DNA of 59,064 nt, counting the filler, from Asterionella formosa (taxonomy: Eukaryota): assembly GCA_002256025.1 (NCBI GenBank). It is 4 parts of 4 records of this genome, joined end to end, with 100 filler letters (N's around TTAATTAATTAA, not from the genome) between each part and the next. Parts side by side here need not be neighbours in the genome. Positions count along the whole stretch, not along the records: positions 1 to 14,702 come from NKIB01005820.1; positions 14,803 to 29,499 come from NKIB01005830.1; 2 more parts are not named here. One strand, 5' to 3'. Below the pieces are notes generated by a model. The model was not told the origin of the DNA and did no database searches. It saw only the letters and a program-made list of their open reading frames with translations. The translations under genes were made by a program, and so were the position numbers. This document shows, piece after piece, positions 11,667 to 23,685 of the stretch (position 1 is the stretch's first letter; the number at the start of each line of letters is the position of its first letter).

Positions 11667-14420
11667 ATGAGGAATCTTGAACGTCTCGTACTCCAACACT
11701 TTGACGCCTATCAGCGTGGAAAAGAGGTGCACAAGTCGCATCGAACAAACGGAACTGTCGAGTCGCGAATCGTCTTGTTGAAAGAAGAACTCCAAACATT
11801 GATGCTCTCGTCTGATTTTAATCAAATGTCATTGGAAGGGCGACAACGCGCTTTACACCCCCAAAATGAACTGATTGCATCACTGCTTCATTGCGTTGAC
11901 GTCGCCATGGCCACTGAAATGACAAATGACTCTCATGATTCCATTTCAGCCATTCTTGAGCTAGCATCTGCTATGACGCCATTTGGAAGTCCAGTCGCTG
12001 AGGCAGTCATTGCAAGAAGCTTAAAGTTCACTGATGTCTCCGTGGAACGAGTCAGAGCACAGGCATGCAAGCTGCTGGGACTCTGTGTGGAAGCAATTCT
12101 GTCGGATCACAATAACCACAAGTTGGCCTTCCTGGAGCGCGATGAGGATCACGTCTGGAAAGATAAATGTGTGAACCTAGCCAAGGACGGCTTGTTACCT
12201 CGGTTGACTGACAAGAGTCAAGCAGTCCGCAAAGCTGCCATCACTGCATGCGGATCCTTTGGTGATACTATGCACAGCGAAATGCTTCAGAGTTTGCTTT
12301 GGAGTCTCAATCACGACCCTTCCGCAGCTAACCGATCTGCTGCAATTGAAAGTGTCCCCTGCAATGTAAACTCCATTGATCATTTGATTCAGAGGGTTCG
12401 CGACATCAAAGTCAATGTTCGAGTTGATGCAATAGATGCCATTCGAACCAAGATGAATGTCGCTGACATGACTTACAGTCAGTTTTGTCTCTTGATTCAG
12501 ACCGGGTTAACTGATCGATGTAAGCAGACACAAGAAGCAACTGCACGTCTCGTGTGCACATCCTGGATCAAGTTTGCCAAATATGATCCCATCGAATTGA
12601 TCAAGGTGGTTGGGCCAATTGTGAATGAAGAAGAGTGCGAGAAGATTGTTGGGGTACTCATGAATTGTGACGAAGCGGAGTTACTCAAGGATTTGTCAGA
12701 TCCTGAAATACGTGCATTCCAGCAAGGCATTTGCCATACACCAACTGTGCTAAGTCATGATTTCGAAATGACCCCTGAAGCTGCATTATTTGCTCGGGTA
12801 AAGGCGTCTCACTCACTCAAATCTAAGGACATCTCTGCTTCGAAAAAGGCAGATATCCTTTTCGATGTGATTCCAGATATTCCACTCCTGTGCCAAGCCG
12901 TCGATAAACTGGTTCAGCGTTTCAGTGAAGCTGTTGCGTCAGATGGTGAAGGGACAGGAGAATGTGAATCATTTCTGTGCCGCCAGCTCCTCCAGTTGGC
13001 TCAGTTAACCGACTTGAAGGAAGAAGGTAGCCGCCGGCACTTCAATGCTGCAATGAAGGCAATGTTATCCTCCGTCGATACTCCCGATGACTTGCTTGAA
13101 GATTGCATTAAGGCCATGTCTAAAGCCCATGACCGAGAAGTGGACTTCTTAAGAAATGTTGCCAAAATTGTAGACGACATGACAGGAGGGTTGGCCGAGT
13201 CATACACTGAAGTTGCCGAGTTCACACGGCTCCGCATCATATCAATCTTGTACGTTGTTCTTGAGAACACTTCGACCGTAATGGCGACGAATCCAGTCTT
13301 GAGGGAATTTTCTTCACATATAACTCTCGCTGTCAACAGTGCTGATGCCATGGTGCGCGAATGTGGTGTTGGTTGTCTTGGACGACTTGCAATCCTCTCT
13401 GATGAATCAACTGTCCTCTCGGACTTCAAACCACTTCTCCTTAAAGTGGCTTCAACGGATAACGAATTAATGGAAATTCGAGCACAAGCCATGTTGGCTC
13501 TTTGCGATTTGAGTCTCCTATTTGAAGGTATTTTGAACCCTGACCCAACTTCAATTGTATCTCTTGTGTCGAAATTCCTCCACCACTCGCAAGCTGGTGT
13601 TGTTGCCTTTGCTGCAGAAGTCGGCACAAAGCTTTTGTTTTCTGGCAAGGTCCATGACAATGCGATTCTTGCTGGTTTGCTTGTTGCTTTTTTTGACAAA
13701 TCATTTGCCGATCTCGCCGAAGAGGAGGATAGCGACGTCACGGAAGTTGGAAGTTTGGTAAGAATGCAACAACAATTAGTGGTTTTCTTTCCTGCTTACA
13801 GTATGAAGAGCAAGGAAGGCAAGCTGGCGCTTATTTCTTCCATTGGCCCAATGTTAAATATGATAACGGCAACGAAGACAAAACGAGGTTCGACATGGAA
13901 CGTCGCCAAAATTGTGGAGTACATTGTATCTACTGTTGCCATCGGAAAGGAACAAGTTGGAGAGAAAGACAGCAATGACGATACTCAGAACAATCAAGCG
14001 ATTGAGCCCAGTGGAGTTCTCCATGCATGCATTGAAGTTTCGAATTTCTTGATTCAGCATGGCGACAATATCAACATGACTCACCTTCGTGGCCTTTGCA
14101 AACTTTTGGGCGGAGCCGATATTGATATTGATGCTGATCACTCCCCGACTGTAGTAGCTCTAAAGTCCAATATTGAAGAACTTTCCTTGCTCATCACCGA
14201 CGATAATTCTCTATGCTCTTTAGCGACTGTCCTAGAATTGTTGGAAGATGTCGAAGACGAAATAAGTGAAGACGACGCGAATGAGAGTGATGAAGAATCT
14301 ATCACAGAGGCGCTTATTCATATGAATATCGATGAAAACAAGGAGAACACTGTCCATATGGGGAAGGCAGACGCCAGACAGGCAATTAACATGAAACTGG
14401 GCCGTGCGACTGTGAATTAA
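11667..14420 (+). CDS. NCAPG: Condensin I HEAT subunit CAP-G (Ycg1/Cnd3)
   Basis: Intronless ORF; likely ATG at 11667 because the upstream extension is TACCGGTA-rich non-coding sequence. HEAT motifs RLTDKSQAVR, DPSAANR, RVRDIKVNVR, GLTDR and DLKEEGSRR, plus a Cnd3-like C-terminal region and acidic tail. Confidence 0.8.
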   Translation: MRNLERLVLQHFDAYQRGKEVHKSHRTNGTVESRIVLLKEELQTLMLSSDFNQMSLEGRQRALHPQNELIASLLHCVDVAMATEMTNDSHDSISAILELASAMTPFGSPVAEAVIARSLKFTDVSVERVRAQACKLLGLCVEAILSDHNNHKLAFLERDEDHVWKDKCVNLAKDGLLPRLTDKSQAVRKAAITACGSFGDTMHSEMLQSLLWSLNHDPSAANRSAAIESVPCNVNSIDHLIQRVRDIKVNVRVDAIDAIRTKMNVADMTYSQFCLLIQTGLTDRCKQTQEATARLVCTSWIKFAKYDPIELIKVVGPIVNEEECEKIVGVLMNCDEAELLKDLSDPEIRAFQQGICHTPTVLSHDFEMTPEAALFARVKASHSLKSKDISASKKADILFDVIPDIPLLCQAVDKLVQRFSEAVASDGEGTGECESFLCRQLLQLAQLTDLKEEGSRRHFNAAMKAMLSSVDTPDDLLEDCIKAMSKAHDREVDFLRNVAKIVDDMTGGLAESYTEVAEFTRLRIISILYVVLENTSTVMATNPVLREFSSHITLAVNSADAMVRECGVGCLGRLAILSDESTVLSDFKPLLLKVASTDNELMEIRAQAMLALCDLSLLFEGILNPDPTSIVSLVSKFLHHSQAGVVAFAAEVGTKLLFSGKVHDNAILAGLLVAFFDKSFADLAEEEDSDVTEVGSLVRMQQQLVVFFPAYSMKSKEGKLALISSIGPMLNMITATKTKRGSTWNVAKIVEYIVSTVAIGKEQVGEKDSNDDTQNNQAIEPSGVLHACIEVSNFLIQHGDNINMTHLRGLCKLLGGADIDIDADHSPTVVALKSNIEELSLLITDDNSLCSLATVLELLEDVEDEISEDDANESDEESITEALIHMNIDENKENTVHMGKADARQAINMKLGRATVN

Positions 14421-14702
14421 TGTGTGGTTGTGTGGTGGCATTCAAAGTGCCATAGTTAATGTATCTATATAGATCTTCGCTTCAACAACTGCGATCATGC
14501 ATTCACCATGTTCTCCCAGTCACTTTCCTATTCAATCTAAAATTTTCTGCCTCCTCTTTTGGAGCGAGCAAGCAAGCACAAACGACAATTCAACTAGGTT
14601 GATAATGGACATTCAGTCATATGGACATTCCAATAGCATTTTTTGAATCCTGAACCAGGGTATTCAATTTTTGTTTGTTCATGTACTGTCCTGCCCCCCC
14701 CC

Positions 14703-14802
14703 NNNNNNNNNNNNNNNNNNNNNNNNNNNNNNNNNNNNNNNNNNNNTTAATTAATTAANNNNNNNNNNNNNNNNNNNNNNNNNNNNNNNNNNNNNNNNNN
14801 NN
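14703..14802. other. Assembly gap with artificial six-frame-stop linker (same at 29500-29599 and 44290-44389; plain N gap at 36486-36974)
   Basis: N44-TTAATTAATTAA-N44 layout repeated three times. Confidence 0.95.
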
Positions 14803-15257
14803 CAGGTACCATACTCCCAATACACAAAGGCATGAAATACAAGCAAATAGGCTACGTATAGGATACCGGTAGTTGACTACACAGAACCTGGTACGTGCCA
14901 AGAACCGATGGTGCCTTTCTTGGGAACAAACGTGTTTGTTCCCTCATCATCAGGAACAACTTGGTTGTTCTTCGACTCAATGTCTTGTCCGACTTCGCTG
15001 GCGAGGTCGTCTTGCCCTGCAACTCCTACAGTATACTGCATGTATGCCCCAGTAACTGGTACTGAGTACCGGTACCAGTATTTAGCATCAGCATGCAGGA
15101 CTGGAAATCTGCAATGACGGACTTCTTCGACTACTCTTTTCGGCAGCTAACAATGGTACGGGTACCTGGTACAAGGTGCTTGAGTACAACCAGTGTACAA
15201 AGGTACTGGTACCGGTACCAGGTAGCGATGATGTCCTGACAGCTCTACGGGCCACTG

Positions 15258-15366
15258 CCTGCAATTTACTACGGTAGACTACATACTATGCTGAAACTGA
15301 AGAATTAGCTATCTTTATCTTAGATTAAAATGTTTGTTAAAGCAAAATGACCGCAACTTGCACAGG
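15258..15366. mobile_element. MITE-like element copy A (ends ...ACCGCAACTTGCACAGG|TA)
   Basis: Aligns in reverse orientation to 27882-27989, with a 28-nt identical end agcaaaatgaccgcaacttgcacaggta. The left end is degenerate (cctgcaattt...cggta). Confidence 0.65.
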
Positions 15367-15500
15367 TACCCATGGCAATTTTGGAGGGCATCCACGGGAA
15401 AATACAATGCATGAAAAATTACCTATTTCTATTCCGTTCCTTCTCGTTCATCACAGTCACCCATACCATATATCTTGGTAGCCATTGATCAGCGTCCACC

Positions 15501-18500
15501 ATGTCGAAAAGCAATGGCAGCAATGTCACCCGCGCCCGCCCCATTCACGTGCCCGGCCGAGAGATCCGTTCCGTGCCCGATGACAACGAGCCATCTTACA
15601 GCTACGAAGAAAAGTCCTTTCTCGCGGCGGAACACGACGTGGAAGACGAATTTCTGAACCGACTCAGTGGGAACCGGCGAGATTCGGGAGGGGCCTTTTG
15701 GAGGACGAAACCGGCGGCGAGTGCTGAACCGGCATTTTCCAGTGTGAGCATGATGAGGAATGAAACCGATGCACGGGGCAATGGGCGACCGGTGGTAACT
15801 GAGATTCAAGTGAACGCGACGGAACGGGGGGCAGATGTGAGTGCTGCGCTTGCGCTATTGAGCTTTGTTCGTGTCCGCGATGGAGAGTGGCTGTATTACT
15901 TCCAGTCAATGGAAAGAAAGGAAGCAAGCAACGGAGCGGCAAAGTCAATGCGGCGGTCGTCGTTGTCTCTGTTGTGACTGCTTATTTGAATCCGTTATTT
16001 GTTCGAGCGTGACTCACTCATGAGCTATCTTGTCGATCAACTTTAGCGGACCAGTTTTACCGAAAGTCGAAAGGAATCGAATGCCTCCTCCCAAGTCTCA
16101 ACCTCTTCTTCGCTAGGTGCATCTTCTGTACGAGACACGAAGAAGAATACCGTACAAAGGAGCCGCGACCGACGCAACAAGTTGGACGCACAGCATTCGG
16201 ACTTCGATCTAGGACGCATTGAATGCATAGAAGATACGCCTCCAATCTTGATTCCACCTACAGATGGATCGTTGTCCAGAGGTGCATCGGACCAGTCTGG
16301 AATATATAACAAGGCGCTTATACCGAGGAATGGGGTCCTGCTAGGAAAATCCTCCTCCTTGATTTTCCCCACTGGTGTCGAAGGTCCCGCTAAAGAATCT
16401 TCGGAGTCAGCTGCTTTCAAGCTCGGGAAAGTCAATAAAGTTAACTTATTGTTGGACCAGTGCGAAGCGATCCGTTTTCCCTTTAAAAGGAAGCTCTGTC
16501 TAGAAAATTTGAATTTGGCCGCTGCTGACATTCCCATGAAGGACCTAATGGGCACGGCATTGGGAAATTCTTTGCATAAACTATCTTTGGCTGGAAATCG
16601 ACTCACAGGGATTCCAGATGCGTTGGTGGTTTCATTTCCAGTCCTAAAGCATCTTGATTTAAGTAATTGTGATTTGGTGTCGCTCCCAGAGAAGTGGTTG
16701 TTGCCCCAGTTGAAGCGACTTAATTTGTCGCAAAATCGCCTCACGGACTTTCCAGATGAGGTATGTTGTGTTACGTGCTGTGCTGTGATGCGATTCATGG
16801 GATATATATATACATTGAATGAAAATTTTCCAACTTAACCATTTTAATATTAATTGTGACAGATCATGCTGGAAGGGCTCCTAGCTCTCGAGGAACTCAA
16901 CATGGAAAGCAACAAGGTATCGGAAATCATCATCCCCAGCAACACAAAGCTCATGAGCAAACTAGAAACACTCAACCTTAGCCATAATGACTTGTCGTAT
17001 TTGCCCGAAGACATGGACCAACTCAAATCTCTCCGCATCTTGAAAGTGGAAAGAAACTTTCTCGAAAAAGTTCCGATGCGCATTTGCGACATGGATATTC
17101 GAAGCATTGATGTATCAAGAAACCCAATCATAATGCCTCCAATTGAAACATGTGAGAGAGGAATCTGTAGTATGAAACGATACTATCATTGCCTGCGATC
17201 GGAAGAGCACTTCCAGCATAAATCTCCAAAAGAACTACAAAGGATTACCTCGCAGCTAACAAAGAAGGATGAGAAATGTAAATTATTTGGTCGGTTCTTT
17301 GGTAGCAAAGGAACTCCTTCTCATTCAATGAGCAATCTCTCTACCAAGTCAAGTTTTCATGAAGATGCGCAGTCCCCTAAAGACGAAGCTGTCATCCTAC
17401 TGCGCAAAACAAGTGAAGTTGTATTGACTCGTGATCGAAGTATCAGTTGTGGTGAAGTCATGAGTAGGATCACTTCAGCCTCTGATTCGCTCCTCTCGTC
17501 GTCTATTACAGGCGTAATTACGCCATCGCACGACGTTGTCAAATCGACAGTATCAGAAGAATGGATATCTACGCCTGTGGAAGATGTGACTTACAACGAC
17601 ACACTCAAGGTTATTTTTGTTGGTATGGCAATGGCGGGGAAAACCAGCATGATTAAGCGATTGATCGAAGGCCGTAATGCAGATATTCCTTTACGCGATG
17701 AACGTACTATTGGGGTTGATATTTACGAATGGGACCCGAAGACAAATACGGATCGTCGACCAGTCGATACCAAAATGGAACTTGAGGGTGAAGTGAAACA
17801 GGACGTTTTTGCGAAATTTAGTGTTTGGGACTTTGCTGGGCAGCATGTCTATCATGCTACGCATGAATTGTTCTTTTCCCCGCGCTCCTTGTATGTGTTG
17901 GTGTGGGATATGGGTGCAACTAATGAGAGTACAATGCGCCGTAAGTCAACCCTAGCGGAAGACAAAGGCGCCTTCAAGTTGAGCTATGATTCTTCTGATG
18001 AAGAAGACGAAGATGATTTTGTAGCTGAAGAGGAAGAGAGACGAGCAGATCGTGCCTTAGAGCGGGATATAGACGAAAAAGTGCAGTTTTGGGTGGAGTG
18101 CATTCAGGCATGCGCTCCTGGAGCTGCCATTTTACCGGTTGCCACCTTTGATGATTACTTTGACAAAGATGAGGAAGAAGCTAAGCACCGATGCGATGAG
18201 TTGAAGCATCGATTGCTGAAGCACGAAGAACGCCGTATTGCTGGCATTCAAGAACGTCTCGCCAAATACGAAATGGAACACCGCGCCAACGACGCTGCTG
18301 CATTGAAACTTCGAAAGTTACTTTGTCCTTATACGCGGCCAAAGCTCCTCTTCGGTAACGATGGTGAGGAAAGTGTGGTCAGAGTAAGCGGAACGAAATA
18401 CACTGGGTTTGAAAGGTTGACCGAGAAGATTGTCAACATGGCTACTGGTCGCGATAAGGCTGGTTCCAAGTATCATATTTTCCGTGGTCATGTTGGTGCT

Positions 18501-20981
18501 CAAATTCCTCGAATGCGTTTGGAAGTCAGAGATGCTGTTCGCGGTATGCGAGATCGGTTCAAGGTGGTCGAATGGGGATATTTCCTCAAGACGCTGGCCG
18601 CCGAAAGAAATTTAACAAATGTGGATGATATCAGTGATGCCCTGCATTTCCTTACCAATATTGGAGAGCTTTCGTTTTTTGGCAATGTATTCCCTGACAG
18701 ACAGCAGATGGAAATGATGCTTTTGCAGGGTGATGGCAAACAGTGTAGCAAGGTAGGCAAAGCATGTCAAGAGTTGGAAGTTCAGACCGCTGTCCATAGT
18801 TTTGATGATGATGATGACGACGATGATGAGGATTTCGACCAATCCCGTGCATTGATGTCGATTGATGACACGAACATAACAGCCCCGAGTACTAGAGAAG
18901 ACTTCTCAGTGGGTACATTTGATGATGTTGATACGAATGGGTTATCGCAATTTGTTTTTCTGAATCCCCGTTGGCTGGTAACTGCTGTCGCGTGTATTCT
19001 ACGCCACGATTTGGACCGAGAAATTCGAGAGACTCGTCGATCGTTATCAAATGACGTCAAGAGTGATCATTTCTATAATGCAAATTTAAACTGTCCTGTC
19101 ATTACAGCTGATGATGCCTGTATGTTGTGGCAAAGTAAGCGATTTACAAGGAAGGCTGCTGATCGTGCACAAATATATTCCAACAATATGGCCATAACGC
19201 CGTTCAATTTTCTGCAGCGTCTCCTGGTTCGTTTTGGTGTTTTTGTCCCAATCGATCTAACAATTGAGAAAGCGTTTTTGGGAGGCAAGGAATATGCTCG
19301 CCACATCGTTGACGACGATAAACCTGCCGAAATCATTACGTTTAATACCGAGGTTTCACCGCAAACACCACAATTTTTCTTTTTGCCAAGCTTGCTCGGG
19401 CCTGGAGAACCAGCTGAGGCGTGGACATACAAGAATACTGATAGCTGGAAAGCTACGCTTTGTCACTCAATCCTCTTCCCTGATGGAGTTCCGCCTGGTT
19501 TGATGGAGCGAATAACAGCGTCAGTTCTCAGCAGTGTTTACGCGGTTTCGAAAGGTCTTGAGCAAGTTGTCTTGACCACCGGTTTGAAAGGGCAACCTAC
19601 CAAGACACTTGATGGTGCCCTTTGTGTGAAGGAAATTCTTTGCTGGAGAACTGCATTCTTTTTGAAGCTTGGGACTGTTGTCAGGAACGACAGCAGCGGT
19701 GAAATGAAAGAAAGCATTGTTGAAATCTTTGCTCATCTTGTTGACCGCGATTCTCACCTCTGCGTCGGTTCGAAGTACATGGGCTCGGGAACTAGACGTC
19801 TCATAGTGAGTGCAAAAGGACAAGTGGGTGATGGTGGTCGCAAAATTTGGAGCGGTGGTTACCTATTAGTGTTGAAGTCTGTCAATCGACTAATGAGTGA
19901 ATACGGAGGTCTTGAGTTCGAGAAACAAGGTTTCTGCCCTGAGTGCCTCTCCAAGAAGGCTGTGAGCGAAGCTAGCCATTGGGACTGGACTGTCATTCAT
20001 AATGCTGCCCAGAACGGCGATGGTACGATGCGATGCGGACACGGCCATCGCGTGGACACTCGTCTGATCACTGGTCCTTGTGGATCACTGACGAAGCAAA
20101 GGATCGAGCACTCCATCCCCACTCAGAAGTACTACGACAGCGAGCCAATTGTTCCAGTCAACGATTTGCTGCGGGGTATTGTTCTGGTTGGACTTTGGGA
20201 TGGCAAGACTCGTAAGATTGTTCGAGTTGGTTCTGGTTTTGTTGTTGATAAGAAGAGAGGACTGATTGTAACTGCAGCGCATACTCTCATGAATATCTGG
20301 GGTGACAAGAATTATCCATTTGGAGAGAACTATTATGGCATGCGCGAAGGCAAAGTTGTGATTGGTGTTATCCCTCGTAAGAAGGAGTCCGATACAACTG
20401 ACGGGACTGAGGCAGTATTCAGATACTTCGCAAGCATTGTTGCCAAAGATACAACTATCGAGAGTACTGGAGAGTGCCAAATAGATGCTTGTATTCTTCG
20501 AATTACAACTCGAATGGAAACGGATATAAGTGGCAACGGAGATGGCTGTGGAGATCAACCAGAAATTTTGCTTCAGAATAACCCTGAAGCGTTGAAACGA
20601 GAAAAATTTCAACAACTCAAAGTAACGGAAAAGTGTGAACTTGATGAGCAAGTCCGTATCCTTGGATATAATCAGGGTGGGGAAGGAATTCTGGGCCCCG
20701 GGGAGAGTCTCAACCGATACATGGACTTTGCCCGAGGATATGTGTGTAAGAAATTCGCTAGAGCGGACGATATTGGACTTCGTCGTCGTTTCAAGCCACG
20801 TGAGGAGATTGTTGTCATTTGCCCAACAATTGGAGGACATAGTGGCGGTCCTTGTGTGAATCAACAAGGCGAAGTGATTGGAATTCTCAGCCGAGCAGAC
20901 CCCGCTGAGAGTCAAAGGTGTTACCTCGTCCCTGCTTCAGCTTGGAAGTCGCTGCTGAAAGAAGCGAAAAGTACATATTGA
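15501..20981 (+). CDS. Roco protein: LRR - Roc GTPase - COR - C-terminal trypsin-like serine protease, 3 exons, about 1722 aa
   Basis: Exons 15501-15836, 16047-16760, 16863-20981 with phase-0 GT..AG introns. LxxLxLxxN repeats; P-loop GMAMAGKTS, RTIGVDI, WDFAGQHVYHATHELF; COR motifs LHFLTNIGEL, VFLNPRWL, FFLPSLL, PPGLMER; CPEC...CGHGH; protease motifs GSGF, TAAH, IDACILRI, GHSGGP. Confidence 0.9.
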
Positions 20982-21088
20982 GGATGTCAATCCAGGTAGT
21001 TTCTATAATATTGGTGGTTAGGATACATTTCTTCATGGAGTAGCTCGTCTTTATAAGCTGTGTTGACAGGTGCTAGGACAAGAAATGA

Positions 21089-23026
21089 TTATATGAGCCC
21101 CTCGGTCTTTAGTTTGTCCATCGCAATCCAATGGTGGATTGGGCTAACAAGACTATTGGCGGCACTTGCCCCACTCAAAGCAACTGCAGGAACCCCTATG
21201 CCAGGAAAGATGGAATCTCCCGCAAGAACAAAATTATCCCAAGGCGTAGATCCGTCCTTGAGATAATCCTCTGTTGCAGCGCCATAAGTTCCCATCGGCC
21301 TACGAAGGAAGCGTTCATGTGTTTTGGGTGATCCAATCAAGTAATATACAACACGATCACGAACGTCTGGAATCACACTCTCAACTGCCCTCCATAGCAC
21401 CTCTGCTCGTTCCTCCTTGCATTGAATATACTCGGGTGAGCTTATTGCTAGGTCCTTCCAAATCTCAAACGGCTCGTTTCCTGCTCCATAGGCATGTATG
21501 ACCAAGTACCCTTCTGGCGCAAGATCACGGTCAATGACACAAGGGTTAGAGACTGCAATCATGTTGAGTTCTCCGCATGGCCCATCTTTAACTCCATCGA
21601 CCACTGATCCGTCACCAGCTAGGGATCGATCCATGACCGTGTAGTGAGCTTCCATTTTGTCCAGATTCAATCCATCGGCGTCTATCGCAAGGTGCAAATG
21701 CAAGAAGGATCCTGTCATTTCGGCAGCATCGCATTTGAAAAGGAGACTGTCCTCCTTTTCGATTTTCAATGGTCTCAAAGAAATGTGACTTTTGCTTTCA
21801 CCAACAACCCAACTGGTGGGTGCTAGTCGCACCTTCGTTTGTGGTATGAAATTATTGAGAATATTCTTAGCAAGTGGATTTTGAATTAAATTCGTCAACG
21901 ACCATACGGGAGCATTGCAAATGACACCTTCCTTGGCCACAACCTTTTTTCCTCCCCGCAAAGTAAGCCCTTCTATTTTTGTCCCATCATATGAAAAATC
22001 TATGCTCTCCACATGTCGTTTCAAATTCACTTTTGACCCATGCTCCCCCTGTTCCACCCCTCGCACTAAGGCATTTATAACTTCTCCAAGGCCTCCCTTT
22101 GGATAATCCAAGGCTGCACCATCCCGATGCATATCATACAAGACATATGCCATGGCCGCTGCTGCGGTGCGTGATGCCGGCAACCCTGACAAAGAAAATG
22201 CTACAGCATCCAACCATGATCGTAACCATGGATCTGACACAACATATTTAGGACCATCCATAAAGGGTGCAAAAGTTCCCTGCGTCAATTCCGTTCCTTG
22301 TCGAATCAATCCCAGCAGGGCTGGAATATACCTCAGCAACGGAAGTAGCGCCGTTGGACCAGCTCTCATGGCCATGGCAGGTATTTCAACGGCACCTGCC
22401 ACTAGGGGGTATGTGACACGGCGTAGTTCCTGAAATTCTTCCTGTGCACGTGTCCCTCCAAATTGAGCCAATGGCCCTTGTTCAAAGACATTGGGTCCCA
22501 ATTCCACCTTCCATCTGAGTTCATGTGTTTTGTTGCAAGGATTTTCAACCATTCCCCATCCATCGTACCGGATCCATTCAACAGACTGTCCGACAGCATT
22601 CAGTACTTGTCGTAGTGGGTTGAATGGCTTGGCGCTGCAGCCCAAGACAATTGTGGGCCCCGAATCAAAAGTGAATGTAACTCCGTTGGGTGCAGTTCTG
22701 TTAAAGGCATGGGCACATCCTCCAGGTAGGTAATGAGATTCGTAAATCCCAACGTTCTTATTGTAGAGTGTATTCAGAATAGCACCAGCACAGAGGCCAC
22801 CAATGCCGGCTCCGACAATGGCGATATCCACGTGTTCCACATTGCTGGTATGATCTGAACTAGTATCGGCACTCGCCATTGGGCTCCATTTGGCTCTAAT
22901 CCTCTGCAGCGGAGTGAACGCTACACACATTGTGGCGGTCCCATTCGTCTTGGCAAGTAGTAGTAGTAGTAGTAGTAGTAGCAGTAGTTGTTGTTGAAGT
23001 AACAGTGGCAGTAGCCAGCACCTCAT
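21089..23026 (-). CDS. Plastid-targeted carotenoid isomerase (CRTISO)-like FAD oxidoreductase
   Basis: Likely ATG at 23026 (MRCWLL..., poly-Leu signal, CVA-FTP cleavage motif). Rossmann motif IVGAGIGGL, then PGGCAH, FDSGP, YPKGG, TGSFLHLHL, GSPKTHERFLRR and GDSIFPGIGVPAVALSG are CRTISO/phytoene-dehydrogenase family motifs. Confidence 0.85.
   Translation of the reverse strand: MRCWLLPLLLQQQLLLLLLLLLLLAKTNGTATMCVAFTPLQRIRAKWSPMASADTSSDHTSNVEHVDIAIVGAGIGGLCAGAILNTLYNKNVGIYESHYLPGGCAHAFNRTAPNGVTFTFDSGPTIVLGCSAKPFNPLRQVLNAVGQSVEWIRYDGWGMVENPCNKTHELRWKVELGPNVFEQGPLAQFGGTRAQEEFQELRRVTYPLVAGAVEIPAMAMRAGPTALLPLLRYIPALLGLIRQGTELTQGTFAPFMDGPKYVVSDPWLRSWLDAVAFSLSGLPASRTAAAAMAYVLYDMHRDGAALDYPKGGLGEVINALVRGVEQGEHGSKVNLKRHVESIDFSYDGTKIEGLTLRGGKKVVAKEGVICNAPVWSLTNLIQNPLAKNILNNFIPQTKVRLAPTSWVVGESKSHISLRPLKIEKEDSLLFKCDAAEMTGSFLHLHLAIDADGLNLDKMEAHYTVMDRSLAGDGSVVDGVKDGPCGELNMIAVSNPCVIDRDLAPEGYLVIHAYGAGNEPFEIWKDLAISSPEYIQCKEERAEVLWRAVESVIPDVRDRVVYYLIGSPKTHERFLRRPMGTYGAATEDYLKDGSTPWDNFVLAGDSIFPGIGVPAVALSGASAANSLVSPIHHWIAMDKLKTEGLI
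22956..22981 (+). repeat. (AGT)n microsatellite encoding the poly-Leu signal peptide core of the CRTISO-like gene
   Basis: The agtagtagt... run reads CTA CTA (Leu) on the coding strand. Confidence 0.85.
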
Positions 23027-23685
23027 TGTTACTGAAACTAATGCTGTGGTGGTTGTAAAAATGTTCCTATTATTGAGTGGATTCATTGCTCGCTTGCACG
23101 CATCAGAACGATCATCGGTTCTCGGGCCGAGAAATAAAACGATACATTTGATATGTCGTGTCGTGGTTTCTGTTTCATCTGGCTGAGAATGATACCGGTA
23201 CCAGGTACCTGGTACGAGTGCCGGTATTCTAGTAAGTTCTTGGAGTACCTCTTTACGCATTTACCATAGTAGAGCTATTATACGATAGCTACGTCGTAAG
23301 AGAAATAGGCCTGCATCGCTGCCTGGGGGTTAGTGAGTCAGGTCTAATTAGTCAACATGCCGAACTACCGTACTCGTCCCGTACGACAGCAGTAGAATGC
23401 AAGTGAATGCAATAGGTCCTCGTCCACGCACGCGAATTGTCTTGGGATCGTCAAGTACGTGTTAACACAAGATATTTCGAACCTACTACACCGCACTCCT
23501 CGCTTGCTTGCCGAAGAGCGGATGCGCATGCGAACCTTTTGTTGCTGACAGCATGATGCTGGCTGTGAGAGTGATGACAACGAGCGATCGAGCAGATTGA
23601 TGAGAAGACAAGACGTTGGTCTGACACACTTTCACTTACCAACTTGCTCATAAATTAACAAATACATACCAACAGATACTCAACG

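Noticed and set aside
14747..14758. TTAATTAATTAA palindrome recurring three times (also 29544-29555, 44334-44345)
   Set aside because: Always centred in N runs of identical layout; it is a scaffolding linker with stops in all six frames, not biology.
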